64,000 bases of DNA from contig JACQLK010000016.1 in the NCBI GenBank assembly GCA_016204145.1, positions 9,181-73,180 of the forward strand, written 5' to 3'. Each line of letters opens with the position of its first letter. Position 1 is the first letter of the stretch. The notes beneath the pieces were generated by a model. The model worked only from the letters and a program-made list of their open reading frames with translations. It had not been told where the DNA came from and searched no databases. This document shows, in pieces, positions 39,210-48,667 of this stretch. Source of the DNA: Candidatus Pacearchaeota archaeon (GTDB taxonomy: Archaea > Nanobdellota > Nanobdellia > Pacearchaeales > GW2011-AR1). The position numbers were made by a program, and so were the translations under genes.

Positions 39210-39744
39210 GTGAAAAACCCCATGGCAAGACCATAGGGCATCAGAAAAAATCCATTAATGCTAACTGACTATTTTTTCTTCCTTGATTTTTTATGTAATT
39301 TCTGATTATCTCCGCGTTGATTCCTTCACCTACTGTGCTGACGTAACCACAATCCCTCCAAAACTCTCCGCCCCACAAGTCCTTTTTCAGTTCAGGATAT
39401 TGTTCAAATAGTTTTCTGGCAGTTATGCTTTTCACAATTCTGAAAAGCTGAGATGGGGAATATTTCGGAACGGACTGAAGCAGGAAGTGAACATAATCCT
39501 CGTCAAATCCAATCGTTTCAAGATTCATCGTGTATCTTTTTTGCATTTCTTCGCAGATGGTTTTGAAAGTTTCTGTATATTTTTTCTGCAAGAACAAATC
39601 TTTTCTATATTTTATGACAAAGACAAAGTGATACTTTATTCTGAAAACTTTATGATATGATTTGAAAAGTTCATCCATGCAGAAGTTACGTTCTACAAAC
39701 TTATAGGTTTATCCCTGTGCCAAGAGCACAGGGTATTGGGGGGA
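39210..39744 (-). mobile_element. IS200-like element (tnpA only)
   Basis: Subterminal hairpins ccctgtgc-tcttg-gcacaggg and ccctatgg-tcttg-ccatgggg; TTTAT at the left junction, TTCAC at the right end. Confidence 0.8.
39241..39678 (-). CDS. tnpA: IS200/IS605-family Y1 transposase TnpA, probably defective
   Basis: YHFVFVIKYR, LWGGEFW, YIKNQ; HUH motif reads DYVH instead of DHVH. Confidence 0.9.
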   Translation of the reverse strand: MDELFKSYHKVFRIKYHFVFVIKYRKDLFLQKKYTETFKTICEEMQKRYTMNLETIGFDEDYVHFLLQSVPKYSPSQLFRIVKSITARKLFEQYPELKKDLWGGEFWRDCGYVSTVGEGINAEIIRNYIKNQGRKNSQLALMDFF

Positions 39745-39887
39745 ATAAACGCCTTTCTTTTTGCTGTAAAGCGACTTTCCCGTGAACGGCTTTTCAGCTC
39801 CCTTCCCCTTTAAAATTTCATATTGGTCTTTTGCGAGAATTTTCCTCAATTCTTCTTCGGTTTTTTGAATTTTTTTCACAATGCCAT
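39745..39887 (-). pseudogene. msrB: msrB N-terminal fragment truncated at the IS200 left end
   Basis: KTEEELRKIL..DQYEILK.KG.EKPFTGK.LY.KKKGVY resembles the MsrB N-terminus and stops at the IS junction. Confidence 0.7.
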
Positions 39888-39937
39888 AACCTCTTGGGAC
39901 TGACAAACTTTTTAACCTGTTATAAATTTCCTTTTTC

Positions 39938-41155
39938 ATGAAGCAAAAAATCCGCGTTCTTGTCGCGATGTCGGGCGGCGTTGATTCTTCCGTTGCAGCG
40001 CTGATGATGAAGAAAAACGGCTTTGACGTGCTCGGCGTTTTCATGAAAAATTACTCCGACACAAAAAATGAACTCGGGGAATGCAGTTGGAAAGACGAAA
40101 GAAAAATGGCGATGAAGATTTGTTCTTTGCTTGGAATTCCCCTAATCACTCTGGACTTTGAAAAACAATACAAAAAACAAGTCATTGAAAAAATGTTCCG
40201 CGATTACAAAAAAGGAATAACTCCCAATCCAGACATTGATTGCAACCGGAAAATAAAATTCCCGTTGCTGATAAAGGCGATGAAAAAACTCAGAGCTAAA
40301 TATATTGTGACAGGACATTATTCAAGAATAAAGAAAACAAAAAATAATCTAAGATTGTTTCGCGCGCGCGACGAAATGAAAGATCAAAGTTATTTTCTTT
40401 ATCGCCTTAATCAAAATGAGTTAAAGCACCTGAAATTCCCGATTGGCGATTTCACAAAAAAACAAGTTCGCGAGATTGCAAGAAAAAATAATTTCCCTAA
40501 TTTCGACAAGAAATCTACGGTCGGAATCTGTTTTGTCGGAAAAGTAAATTTAAAAAGATTTCTTCAGAAAAAAATAAAGCCGAAGAAGGGAAAAATCATC
40601 TCTCCCGACGGAAAAGTCATCGGAGAGCATGACGGAATTTATTATTACACAATCGGACAACGCCTCGGCTCAAGATACGGGATAAACATCTCAAAGGACA
40701 CCGATGACAAACGGTTTTTGAAAAGATGGTATGTCGCAAGAAAAGACGCGAAAACAAACGCAATAATCGCCGCGCCGGAAAATCATCCGCTGCTTTTCAG
40801 AAAAGAAATTTTCATAAAAAACACGCATTGGATAAATAAAGATGAAATTGAAAAATTGATTTCTTCCGGTGAAAGGACTGGTTCAAAATCAAAAATCAGG
40901 AAAATATTTGCGAACGAAGTAAGCAACAATTTTGGGGAGGGCGGTCGGGGGATTGGCGGAGGGATTAATGAAAAAAATTTCAATGTCCTCGCGCGAATCC
41001 GCCAAGTCGGAGAATTGCTTCCGTGCAAAATTATTTTTGGAAAAAAAATAAAAGTTGCTCTCAAAAAACCAATTACCGGCGTCAGCGAAGGTCAAGCAAT
41101 AGTTATTTACAAAGGAAAAGAAGTTTTAGGCGGAGGAGAAATTTGTTTTAATTAA
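39938..41155 (+). CDS. mnmA: tRNA U34 2-thiouridylase MnmA (bacterial type) with C-terminal insertion
   Basis: AMSGGVDSS, TPNPDIDCN, TGHY, KDQSYFL, GICFVG, YTIGQR, GQAIVIY...LGGG. Confidence 0.95.
   Translation: MKQKIRVLVAMSGGVDSSVAALMMKKNGFDVLGVFMKNYSDTKNELGECSWKDERKMAMKICSLLGIPLITLDFEKQYKKQVIEKMFRDYKKGITPNPDIDCNRKIKFPLLIKAMKKLRAKYIVTGHYSRIKKTKNNLRLFRARDEMKDQSYFLYRLNQNELKHLKFPIGDFTKKQVREIARKNNFPNFDKKSTVGICFVGKVNLKRFLQKKIKPKKGKIISPDGKVIGEHDGIYYYTIGQRLGSRYGINISKDTDDKRFLKRWYVARKDAKTNAIIAAPENHPLLFRKEIFIKNTHWINKDEIEKLISSGERTGSKSKIRKIFANEVSNNFGEGGRGIGGGINEKNFNVLARIRQVGELLPCKIIFGKKIKVALKKPITGVSEGQAIVIYKGKEVLGGGEICFN
40861..40975 (+). repeat. Dispersed-repeat copy located in frame within mnmA
   Basis: gcgaacgaagtaagcaa (module 1), gggcggtcggg (as 54453-54463), gattggcgg.ggga (as 2037-2050). 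Confidence 0.6.
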
Positions 41156-41905
41156 TCACGCGCTTATCCGCATTTTATCTCTTGTTTCAACGAATTTCTT
41201 GAAATATTCTTCATTTGCAAAGTATTCCGGTTCTGAGGAAAAATCCGACTGAACAAGATAGCACATGAAACTGACATTTGGAAGAACATAACCTGGCCTC
41301 GCATCTTTTAAAAAAGCCCCGGTAGGAAACGCGAATTCCTCCTCGTGAGCCCTTATAATTCCTTTAAGTGTTGGAGTGAAAGTGATCATATATTTTATTT
41401 TGGATAATTGTTCTATTCTATCTCCTGGCTTTTTTGAAACATGATATTTTAATTCATTTATCATTTCCGAAAAAACTTTTGGAGAGGCGTTTTTCCCCCT
41501 GAATTTCTTGGCTACGGTGGCGTCAATGCAAACAATGGTATTGGGATTTTCATCATGCGGCACAATTTCTCCGTCGTAAGTGAAAGGACCGAATGGACTG
41601 ACCTGATTGCAGATAAACGCCGCCTTCCCAATGGTATCAAATGATTTCGGCGGCTCATTAAATCTTCTTAATGCCGTTCTTAAAATTCCTGCCGGCTCAT
41701 CGCCTTTAAAAGCTCCTATAAAAAACGGGTTAAATTCCTCAAGCACCCTAACAAGCTGGCTTTCGTTCGCGGGAAAATAAGGATGAAAATCCCCCCATGC
41801 TTCATTCAAAATTCCTGTAAAACCCCCGAGATGGAGGAAATGTTCATGATAGTCGAGAATTACGCAAGACAAAGAAGAAGCGGAAGAAACTTTTTCAATT
41901 TCCAT
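41156..41905 (-). CDS. Hypothetical protein, possibly GNAT-like
   Basis: IDATVAKKFRGK resembles a degenerate acetyl-CoA-binding motif. Confidence 0.5.
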   Translation of the reverse strand: MEIEKVSSASSLSCVILDYHEHFLHLGGFTGILNEAWGDFHPYFPANESQLVRVLEEFNPFFIGAFKGDEPAGILRTALRRFNEPPKSFDTIGKAAFICNQVSPFGPFTYDGEIVPHDENPNTIVCIDATVAKKFRGKNASPKVFSEMINELKYHVSKKPGDRIEQLSKIKYMITFTPTLKGIIRAHEEEFAFPTGAFLKDARPGYVLPNVSFMCYLVQSDFSSEPEYFANEEYFKKFVETRDKMRISA

Positions 41906-41999
41906 GGGTTACCCATAAAAATAATGATATTTAAATTTATATGTTCTGAATTTCCATTTAAATCAAACATTTTAAAAACTTCTCTGCATTAAATAAAAT

Positions 42000-42536
42000 A
42001 TGCAACTCGACGAAGCAATAAAAGGGAGAAGAAGCGCGAAAAAATTCTCAAGCAAAAAGCCGGACTGGAGGGACGTGATTGAATGCATCGACGCCGCGCG
42101 CTACGCGCCGCGAGCGGGAGGGCATTTCACATTGAAATTTATTTTCGTTTCTGACAGGGAAAAGATAAATAAAATCGCGGAGGCGGCGCAGCAGGAATTC
42201 ATATCGCAGGCGCATTATGTCGTTGTCGCATTTTCAACTCCAAAAATAACAATCAACTCCTTCGGAAAAAGGGGCGAAATTTACGTAAGGCAGCAGGCGG
42301 GCGCGGCAATACAAAATTTTCTGCTGAAAGCCGAGGAAAAGAAACTTTCGGCATGCTGGGTCGGGCATCTTGTCGACGAACAGATAAAAAGGGAATTCAG
42401 AATTCCCGACGCCGCGCTAATTGAAGCGGTCATTCCCGTCGGATATGAATTTGAAAAAACAAAGCCGTCAAAAAAAACAAGCATTGACGGCATCCTTTAT
42501 TTCGACAGATTCGGAAAAAAGAGAATGAGGGGATAA
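42000..42536 (+). CDS. Nitroreductase-family protein
   Basis: RRSAKKF, AARYAP, AAIQNFLL.A....L.ACWVG, IPVGY. Confidence 0.9.
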   Translation: MQLDEAIKGRRSAKKFSSKKPDWRDVIECIDAARYAPRAGGHFTLKFIFVSDREKINKIAEAAQQEFISQAHYVVVAFSTPKITINSFGKRGEIYVRQQAGAAIQNFLLKAEEKKLSACWVGHLVDEQIKREFRIPDAALIEAVIPVGYEFEKTKPSKKTSIDGILYFDRFGKKRMRG

Positions 42537-42699
42537 TTTAATATCCTTGTTAAGATTTTGAGAAATCTGCCACAATTATTTGAAAAAGGGTTGATGTAAA
42601 TCCGCATTCTGGACATTAATGGAAAAGATTGTTAGTCGGCGCGAATTTGATAGGACTATGCTGGCAACAATTTTATGACCGATTAAACGTGGTTGGATA

Positions 42700-42800
42700 T
42701 TCACGTCTGTTTCCGCGGGGCGGACGGCGGGCAACTTTGCGAGACAAAATTGCAAAACTCACAACGAGCGAAGTTGCGAGTTAGGGGATTGGAGGAAGGA
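42700..42800 (+). repeat. Dispersed repeat: G-tract plus double-hairpin module
   Basis: 42731-42798 nearly identical to 52916-52983. Confidence 0.85.
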
Positions 42801-42818
42801 TTTTGAAAAATTTTAATC

Positions 42819-43124
42819 TCAAGAATATAATTTTATTCCGCCTATTCTCCCGATCAAATTGTAAATCAGCGCCAAAACGATTCCGAATATAAAACCAAAA
42901 AGGAGAAATGTGAGAGGAATTGCAATAATCAGCGTCGTATTTGAAGGAACATATTTGTCAAGATAGGTCGAAATTTGCGGATAAAACGAAACCGCGGTTG
43001 AAACGCCGGAGACAACAACAGCTGAAAAAATTATTCCGGTTAAAAAACTTACGAGCGCAAAAAATCCCGCAAAGGAAAAAACGCCGACTTTTTTTATCGT
43101 CACTTCCTGCAATTCGTCACCCAT
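42819..43124 (-). CDS. Small membrane protein (DUF3566-like)
   Basis: IKKVGVFS...ALIYNLI...GGIKL pattern. Confidence 0.6.
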   Translation of the reverse strand: MGDELQEVTIKKVGVFSFAGFFALVSFLTGIIFSAVVVSGVSTAVSFYPQISTYLDKYVPSNTTLIIAIPLTFLLFGFIFGIVLALIYNLIGRIGGIKLYS

Positions 43125-43173
43125 TGAATGAAAAGGGGAAAGGGGTTTAAAAAAGTTTAGAGGGAAGAATTAT

Positions 43174-43671
43174 TTAATAAGAAGCACCATCGTCAACGCC
43201 GTAATGAAGTTTTATATATTCTTTAAACTTTTTATTTCCTAATAAATAAACCCAAATTTTATCTATTGGTAAAACCCGTATATCTTCATCAAAAGATTTA
43301 TTTGAGATAATTATAACCTTTTTATCTGAATGAAGAAAATTTAGAAATCTATAGAGTAAAAGAGTGTCGTGTTTTTCATCACCTTTATCCTCCCCAAGCA
43401 AATCCGCTTTTTCAATCCAATTATTTAAATAAGAAATAATTTCTGTTCTTCTTTCTTCTTGTGTTTTTAATTTTTCGTTTATTTTTTTAGATATGTCTTC
43501 AAAAACAGAAGGAATCATATATGCTTTCTTATGGTTGCAAGAAGTTGTCAGATATACAAAAAATAGTTCAGCTGTCTCATAATTCTCGTCTTTAAAAAAA
43601 TAATTTATTATATCTTTATCAACAATAAAAACTTCATTAAAATCTTGGTCATTAGAATTAATAACTTCCAT
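43174..43671 (-). CDS. Possible divergent PIN-domain protein
   Basis: FIVDKDII, IPSVFEDI, D..L, IIIS; very AT-rich. Confidence 0.5.
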   Translation of the reverse strand: MEVINSNDQDFNEVFIVDKDIINYFFKDENYETAELFFVYLTTSCNHKKAYMIPSVFEDISKKINEKLKTQEERRTEIISYLNNWIEKADLLGEDKGDEKHDTLLLYRFLNFLHSDKKVIIISNKSFDEDIRVLPIDKIWVYLLGNKKFKEYIKLHYGVDDGASY

Positions 43672-43685
43672 TGAAAAAATAAAAA

Positions 43686-43940
43686 TCAATCAAAATTTTG
43701 ATTTAGAAGATTCGCTCCTTTTATAGCGTTCCTAAATCCTTCAGTTGGTTTTACCCCTTTTTTAATTGGTTTTATATCTAATCTTTTTGGTGAATTTTTT
43801 ATAATTCTTACTTCTACAAATTCATCTTCACTTATGCCGTGTTTTGCTCTTTCAAAAGGGGACAACCTATTCCCAGAGACAATAGTTATACTTTCTACCT
43901 TTGGTTCATTTTTTTCCATAAGATTTGTATCTCCACTCAT
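43686..43940 (-). CDS. Possible AbrB/MazE-like small protein
   Basis: HGISEDEFVEV...RLDIKPI pattern; upstream of the PIN-like ORF. Confidence 0.45.
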   Translation of the reverse strand: MSGDTNLMEKNEPKVESITIVSGNRLSPFERAKHGISEDEFVEVRIIKNSPKRLDIKPIKKGVKPTEGFRNAIKGANLLNQNFD

Positions 43941-44119
43941 TTTTTAAAGTTTTCTATAAAAATTAAGAACACCTCCTTTCATCTTTTTCATAATTTATCT
44001 GAGTAATACTTCTATTTATATTTATTGTTTTTATTGCAAGGTAAAAAAGTTTCATAGTTCCAACTAATCCTCTCAAAACAAAAAATATAATAAAAATAAA
44101 AAAAGAAGAATAATTGTTC

Positions 44120-45199
44120 TTACTTCCAGAACTCAATGCCCAAGTCGGACATTTCTCTCTGCGCGGCAACCGACTGCTCTTCCGCCTGCTTGCCCAGCAC
44201 GTAAGGAGATTTTACTCCGGTCATGATTGTTATAACCCTAACTTTTCCGACGAAATCCTTGTTGATTCTCGCTCCGATTATTACCGACGCCTCGTCGCTC
44301 AAATTTTCCGAGACAGTTCTTCCGATAACGTCGAATTCGTGCAATTGCAAATCAGGACCGCAAGTAATGTGGACTAAAGCTCCTGTCGCTCCTCTGTAAT
44401 CAACGTCGAGCAACGGATGCGTTAACGCCTGATTGACCGCTTCCATTACCCTGTTCTGCGTGTCCGCCTCTCCGATTCCGATGACAGCGACTCCGCCGCC
44501 TTTCATTATCGTGGAAACGTCCGCGTAATCAAGGTTGATTAAACTTGGAAGAGTTATTGTTTCGACAATTCCTTTAATCATTGTAGATACAAGCTCGTTG
44601 GCAACCGCAAACGCCTGTTCAATCGGCAATTGTCCCGCGATATCCACAAGTCGGTTGTTATCAAGAACAATGCAAGTGTCTGTAACCTCTCGCAATTCCT
44701 GCAAGCCGAATTCCGCCTTGTCTATTCTCGCCTTTTCCGCTTCGAAAGGCATTGTAACAACTCCGATGACAATCGCGCCTGTTTCTTTCGCAACCTGCGC
44801 GACAACCGGGGCTGCTCCCGTTCCTGTTCCTCCTCCCATTCCCGCAATTACGAAAACCATGTCGGAATTTGAAAGCGCTTTTTTCAGCTCGCTAAGCGTC
44901 TCCTTGGCTGCCTCTCTTCCTCTGTTGGGCAATCCTCCTGCCCCCAATCCTCTTGTAAGTTCCTTTCCAATGAGAATCTTCTCGTCTGCTTTTGTAACGC
45001 TCAAGTGCAATGCGTCCGTGTTTGCGGCGTAAACCGTCGCTCCCGTTATGCCTTTGTTGTAAAGCCATGTTACTGAATTCGCTCCGCATCCTCCGACGCC
45101 GATTACCTTGATGTTTGCCTTTCCCGCTTTCAACTCGTCAAAGTTTATGCTGTGGCTGTCTGCGTTTTTAACCGCTTCTTTGGCAAAATCCAAAACCAT
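44120..45199 (-). CDS. ftsZ: Cell division protein FtsZ
   Basis: GVGGCG, NTD, GLGAGG, GGGTGTG, INLDYAD; GGAGG before ATG. Confidence 0.98.
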   Translation of the reverse strand: MVLDFAKEAVKNADSHSINFDELKAGKANIKVIGVGGCGANSVTWLYNKGITGATVYAANTDALHLSVTKADEKILIGKELTRGLGAGGLPNRGREAAKETLSELKKALSNSDMVFVIAGMGGGTGTGAAPVVAQVAKETGAIVIGVVTMPFEAEKARIDKAEFGLQELREVTDTCIVLDNNRLVDIAGQLPIEQAFAVANELVSTMIKGIVETITLPSLINLDYADVSTIMKGGGVAVIGIGEADTQNRVMEAVNQALTHPLLDVDYRGATGALVHITCGPDLQLHEFDVIGRTVSENLSDEASVIIGARINKDFVGKVRVITIMTGVKSPYVLGKQAEEQSVAAQREMSDLGIEFWK

Positions 45200-45661
45200 T
45201 TTGACCTCCTTTCATAATTTTACTCCTTTTTCTGAATGAAATTCAGAACTATTGCAATTTATTGGATAATGATTTTTTAAATCTTTATGTGATGCGTTAT
45301 ATCTGAATTTTTAGACACTTCGCGCCAAAATTGCCAATAGAATTAATATTTTTCATGGAAAAGATGAATGCCTTTTCTTTAAATAATTTTAGTTACTCAA
45401 GAAATCGGTGAAATCGGGGATTTTTTGGAAAATTTTGCGGGATTTTCCGCAAAAAACGGGAAAAATTTTATTTTTATGAATTATTTTTTATCCATTTTAA
45501 TTGATAAGAAATTTTTTGATTGTTATCTGAAAAAATTTTAACGTAAAATCCTGATTATAAATATTAACAGCAGTTGTTGATTAACATAAATTTTGGAGCG
45601 TGGGATTTTTTATTTTCTTCTTGGCAGATGAACTGAACAAATTTAACCCGTCAAAAACATT

Positions 45662-46330
45662 TCACTCTTTTTCCAAAATTTCCGTTTCAATATTATTCTC
45701 TTTGCATTCTTTCACAAATTCCTCCGCGTCCTCTTTCGTTCCGACGATGCTCCCGTAATGCATCGGGATAGCGAGAAACGGCTTTATCATTTTCGCCGCC
45801 TCAGCGGCTTCTTCGGAATTCATGGTGTACTTTCCGCCGACGGGAAGAAGCGCGATTAATTTTTTGTCCGCCTGATTGTATCCTGTAAGTTTTTGCATCT
45901 CCCCTATTTTATCTGTGTCGCCGGCATGATAAATTATCGCGCCATTTATTTTTACTATATATCCCACCCACGACTCGTCTTTCGGATGAAATGATTTGTC
46001 GGTATTGTATGCCGGAACCGTCGAAATTTTCAAATTTCCGAAATCAAATTCCTGATTCGGCTCCGCGATTTCCATTTTTATCTTCGCGTCTTTAATCCGG
46101 TTTATCGTGCTCTGGCAGTCCGCGGTGCAAATTATTTTTGTTCCGTCTTTCGCGAGCTTGCTTATGTCCGCGAAACTGCAATGGTCGTGATGGCTGTGAG
46201 TTATCAGAATATAATCCGCTTTTTCAATTCCGTCGGGGATGTTGTAAGGGTCTATGTAAATGTTCGATGAATTTTTTATCAAAAATCCAGCGTGCCCGAG
46301 CCATTTTAATTCAACGCCGTCAATCTTCAT
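45662..46330 (-). CDS. MBL-fold metallo-hydrolase (UPF0173-like)
   Basis: WLGHAGF, THSHHDH, YHAGDT, IPMHYG. Confidence 0.92.
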   Translation of the reverse strand: MKIDGVELKWLGHAGFLIKNSSNIYIDPYNIPDGIEKADYILITHSHHDHCSFADISKLAKDGTKIICTADCQSTINRIKDAKIKMEIAEPNQEFDFGNLKISTVPAYNTDKSFHPKDESWVGYIVKINGAIIYHAGDTDKIGEMQKLTGYNQADKKLIALLPVGGKYTMNSEEAAEAAKMIKPFLAIPMHYGSIVGTKEDAEEFVKECKENNIETEILEKE

Positions 46331-46378
46331 ATTTTCATAAAAATAAAACGGTTTTTAAAGATTTGCGGAAGCAAGGGT

Positions 46379-46903
46379 TTATTTCGTCTTTTTAAGGATA
46401 AATTTCGCTCGTTTTTCAATGCTCATGAAAGGCACGTTGATGATGCTGTAGCCCAACTCTCTGTAGGCGCGGACTATTTCCGCCTGTATTTTTTCCAGCT
46501 CCTCTTTTGACTCTTGCCTCAACAAGTCCTTTTTGTAAAACTTCAGCGACTCCAAAATGAATACTTTCGCGTAATTGAATCTTTTCGCGTATTCAAAATT
46601 GTCTCTTGGGACATCAAGAAGGTTTATCCGGTAATATGCAACCGTGTCCCCAAAGCCGCGGTCGGAAAAAACAATTTTATTTGTGTTTTTCAGAAATTCC
46701 ACCTTATCTTTTTGCATCCTGAAAATTTCATCGTGAAAAATCCTCTTGTCAATTTCTGCTATTGACTTTCCCGGAAATTTTTTCTCGGCTATTCTCCTTG
46801 CCGCTTCCGGAATAATCTCATGCCCTTGTTTCTGAAGTTGATTTATAACAGCGGTTTTTCCTGTGCAGGGTCCGCCGGAGATAAAGACGATATTCGCAGT
46901 CAT
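46379..46903 (-). CDS. AAA_28 (NadR/Ttd14-like) P-loop NTPase
   Basis: GGPCTGKT, PEAAR, DRGFGD..AY. Confidence 0.85.
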   Translation of the reverse strand: MTANIVFISGGPCTGKTAVINQLQKQGHEIIPEAARRIAEKKFPGKSIAEIDKRIFHDEIFRMQKDKVEFLKNTNKIVFSDRGFGDTVAYYRINLLDVPRDNFEYAKRFNYAKVFILESLKFYKKDLLRQESKEELEKIQAEIVRAYRELGYSIINVPFMSIEKRAKFILKKTK

Positions 46904-47034
46904 TATAATTTTCCAAATTAAAGCCGATATTTAAAATTTTATGCTAAATATTTTATCTCCTTAAATAAATATTCTAAATTTTAGCAAGTTTTGCCCTGAA
47001 AAACCTATTTAAAAGCTATTTTCCTATTTTAGTC

Positions 47035-47820
47035 ATGGAAGACGTGGAAAGATTTTTCAGGCAAATCAGGAAGGCGAGAAACGACATAAAAGTCGACAGA
47101 AAGAATTTTTGGAGCAAGAACAGGATAAATTTCAAGAATAACATAAAAACCCTTGTCTCGTTTTTCAAGTTTCCGGACGGCTGGACTGTAAATGTCATCG
47201 CCTCGTCGTTTTTATTGGACAAACCGTCGATGCCTTATGACAAGGATATCTGGAGTTTCTCAGACGTTGTCGCCGCGACAGAAAACCAGGGACACGACAT
47301 TATCCTGTTTTTCAACAAAGGCGACTTGGAGTTTCTTTCAGCTCCCGCGCTTCTCCCAATCATAGTCCATGAAGTGAGGCACATTTACCAAGCGGCTGAA
47401 AATCCGAAAAAATACGTGCAAGCAACTGTAAACGACGAGTTAAGCCGCGAGTATGAAACGGGCGCCGACGCTGAAGTAAGAAAATACAGCGACGAATTTC
47501 GCAGGGAAAATGTCCTTGAAAAAATAATGTTCTGCTATGACGAACGCGGATGGAACGGCGCGAAAAAAATGGCCGACTACCTTCACATGGAAGCGCAGGA
47601 CTCTTTCGGCGGCGGATACGACCAATCAATGAACAAGGAAGAATACGAAACGTTCCTGAAAGCGATGGAAGAAAGAGACATAGACCTTTTCGTCGACTAT
47701 TTCATAAAAAGCATAGGCGGAGAAGAAGCCCAAAAAGAAGGTCAGGAAGTAAAAAAATTCGTCAGGGAATCAAAAATAAAAAAATTCATAAAAAACATCG
47801 TCGCAAAAAAGTCGGCTTGA
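47035..47820 (+). CDS. Zincin-like (HExxH) hypothetical protein
   Basis: IVHEVRHIYQ followed by E..AD. Confidence 0.7.
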   Translation: MEDVERFFRQIRKARNDIKVDRKNFWSKNRINFKNNIKTLVSFFKFPDGWTVNVIASSFLLDKPSMPYDKDIWSFSDVVAATENQGHDIILFFNKGDLEFLSAPALLPIIVHEVRHIYQAAENPKKYVQATVNDELSREYETGADAEVRKYSDEFRRENVLEKIMFCYDERGWNGAKKMADYLHMEAQDSFGGGYDQSMNKEEYETFLKAMEERDIDLFVDYFIKSIGGEEAQKEGQEVKKFVRESKIKKFIKNIVAKKSA

Positions 47821-47864
47821 GATGATTATGTTTTGTAAATGAGCCATTGAGGAATTCCGAGAAG
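47779..47864 (+). repeat. Direct repeat, copy 1
   Basis: 33 nt identical to 50704-50736; similarity continues for about 85 nt. Confidence 0.85.
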
Positions 47865-48224
47865 TTTCTTTTGAAATCCCGCTTTTATTGGAATTTTTGG
47901 AAAATTAATCCAGGAATTCATCCAACCATTTTTTGTTTTTAATAAATAATGCCCAAAAGGAAATTTTTTTGAACGCCTAATAAAAACTATTGTTCCGCTA
48001 TTTTTAAGATATTTTTCGGTCTTTGGAATTACTTTTCCATAAGAATAATTAAATCCTTTTTTATTTAGAATTTTAGCAATATCTCTGCAATAAAAATTCG
48101 GCTTGTCGGCTTTTTTTATTCCAAAAAATTTTAAAGATTTTTTGTAGCTGATTCCTAAAATACTTGCAACGCATGCAACGGCACATCCCATGGAATCTTT
48201 TTGGGGAATTGGTTTGAATTGCAT
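47826..48224 (-). CDS. Peptidase C39-like protein
   Basis: Q.D..GCAVACVA..L and GHYL. Confidence 0.7.
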   Translation of the reverse strand: MQFKPIPQKDSMGCAVACVASILGISYKKSLKFFGIKKADKPNFYCRDIAKILNKKGFNYSYGKVIPKTEKYLKNSGTIVFIRRSKKFPFGHYLLKTKNGWMNSWINFPKIPIKAGFQKKLLGIPQWLIYKT

Positions 48225-48247
48225 TTTTTCTTGTCTCCCGCTGTCTC

Positions 48248-48667
48248 CTATAAAGTTATTTTTTCTAGGCAGTTTCTTTTTTCCACAGGTATGACCCTTA
48301 AAATTTCTTCTGCCATCTCACTTAAAACAGTAGCTCTAAAACTTCCTCCGATTATAGGTCTTCTTGTAAAAACTCCCCTGTATCCTAAAGGAGATCTTCT
48401 AATTTCAACTACTGTTCTGTCAAGAGAAAAGATATTTTCGGATTCATCAACGTATTCAGTTACGTGGGGAGTTTCTAAAAAATTGCCCCCAGAGATCCCT
48501 GGGGCTCCTGCTCCAAAATTTCCTCCTAAAATAGAAGAATTAGAAACATCATTTTTTTCCTTTAATCCATAATTAATACAAATAACCTCAATCTTTCTAA
48601 GGATATCTTCGCTAAATGCAGGATATACATATTCCCGCCTGCGAATAGTAAATTTTGTTTTCGTCAT
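48248..48667 (-). CDS. Hypothetical protein
   Basis: 139 aa, ATGA overlap with the upstream ORF. Confidence 0.5.
   Translation of the reverse strand: MTKTKFTIRRREYVYPAFSEDILRKIEVICINYGLKEKNDVSNSSILGGNFGAGAPGISGGNFLETPHVTEYVDESENIFSLDRTVVEIRRSPLGYRGVFTRRPIIGGSFRATVLSEMAEEILRVIPVEKRNCLEKITL

Noticed and set aside
39210..39744. Dispersed repeats as MITEs of this IS200
   Set aside because: The IS end hairpins (TCTTG loop) share no visible sequence with the repeat modules; action by another HUH enzyme is not excluded
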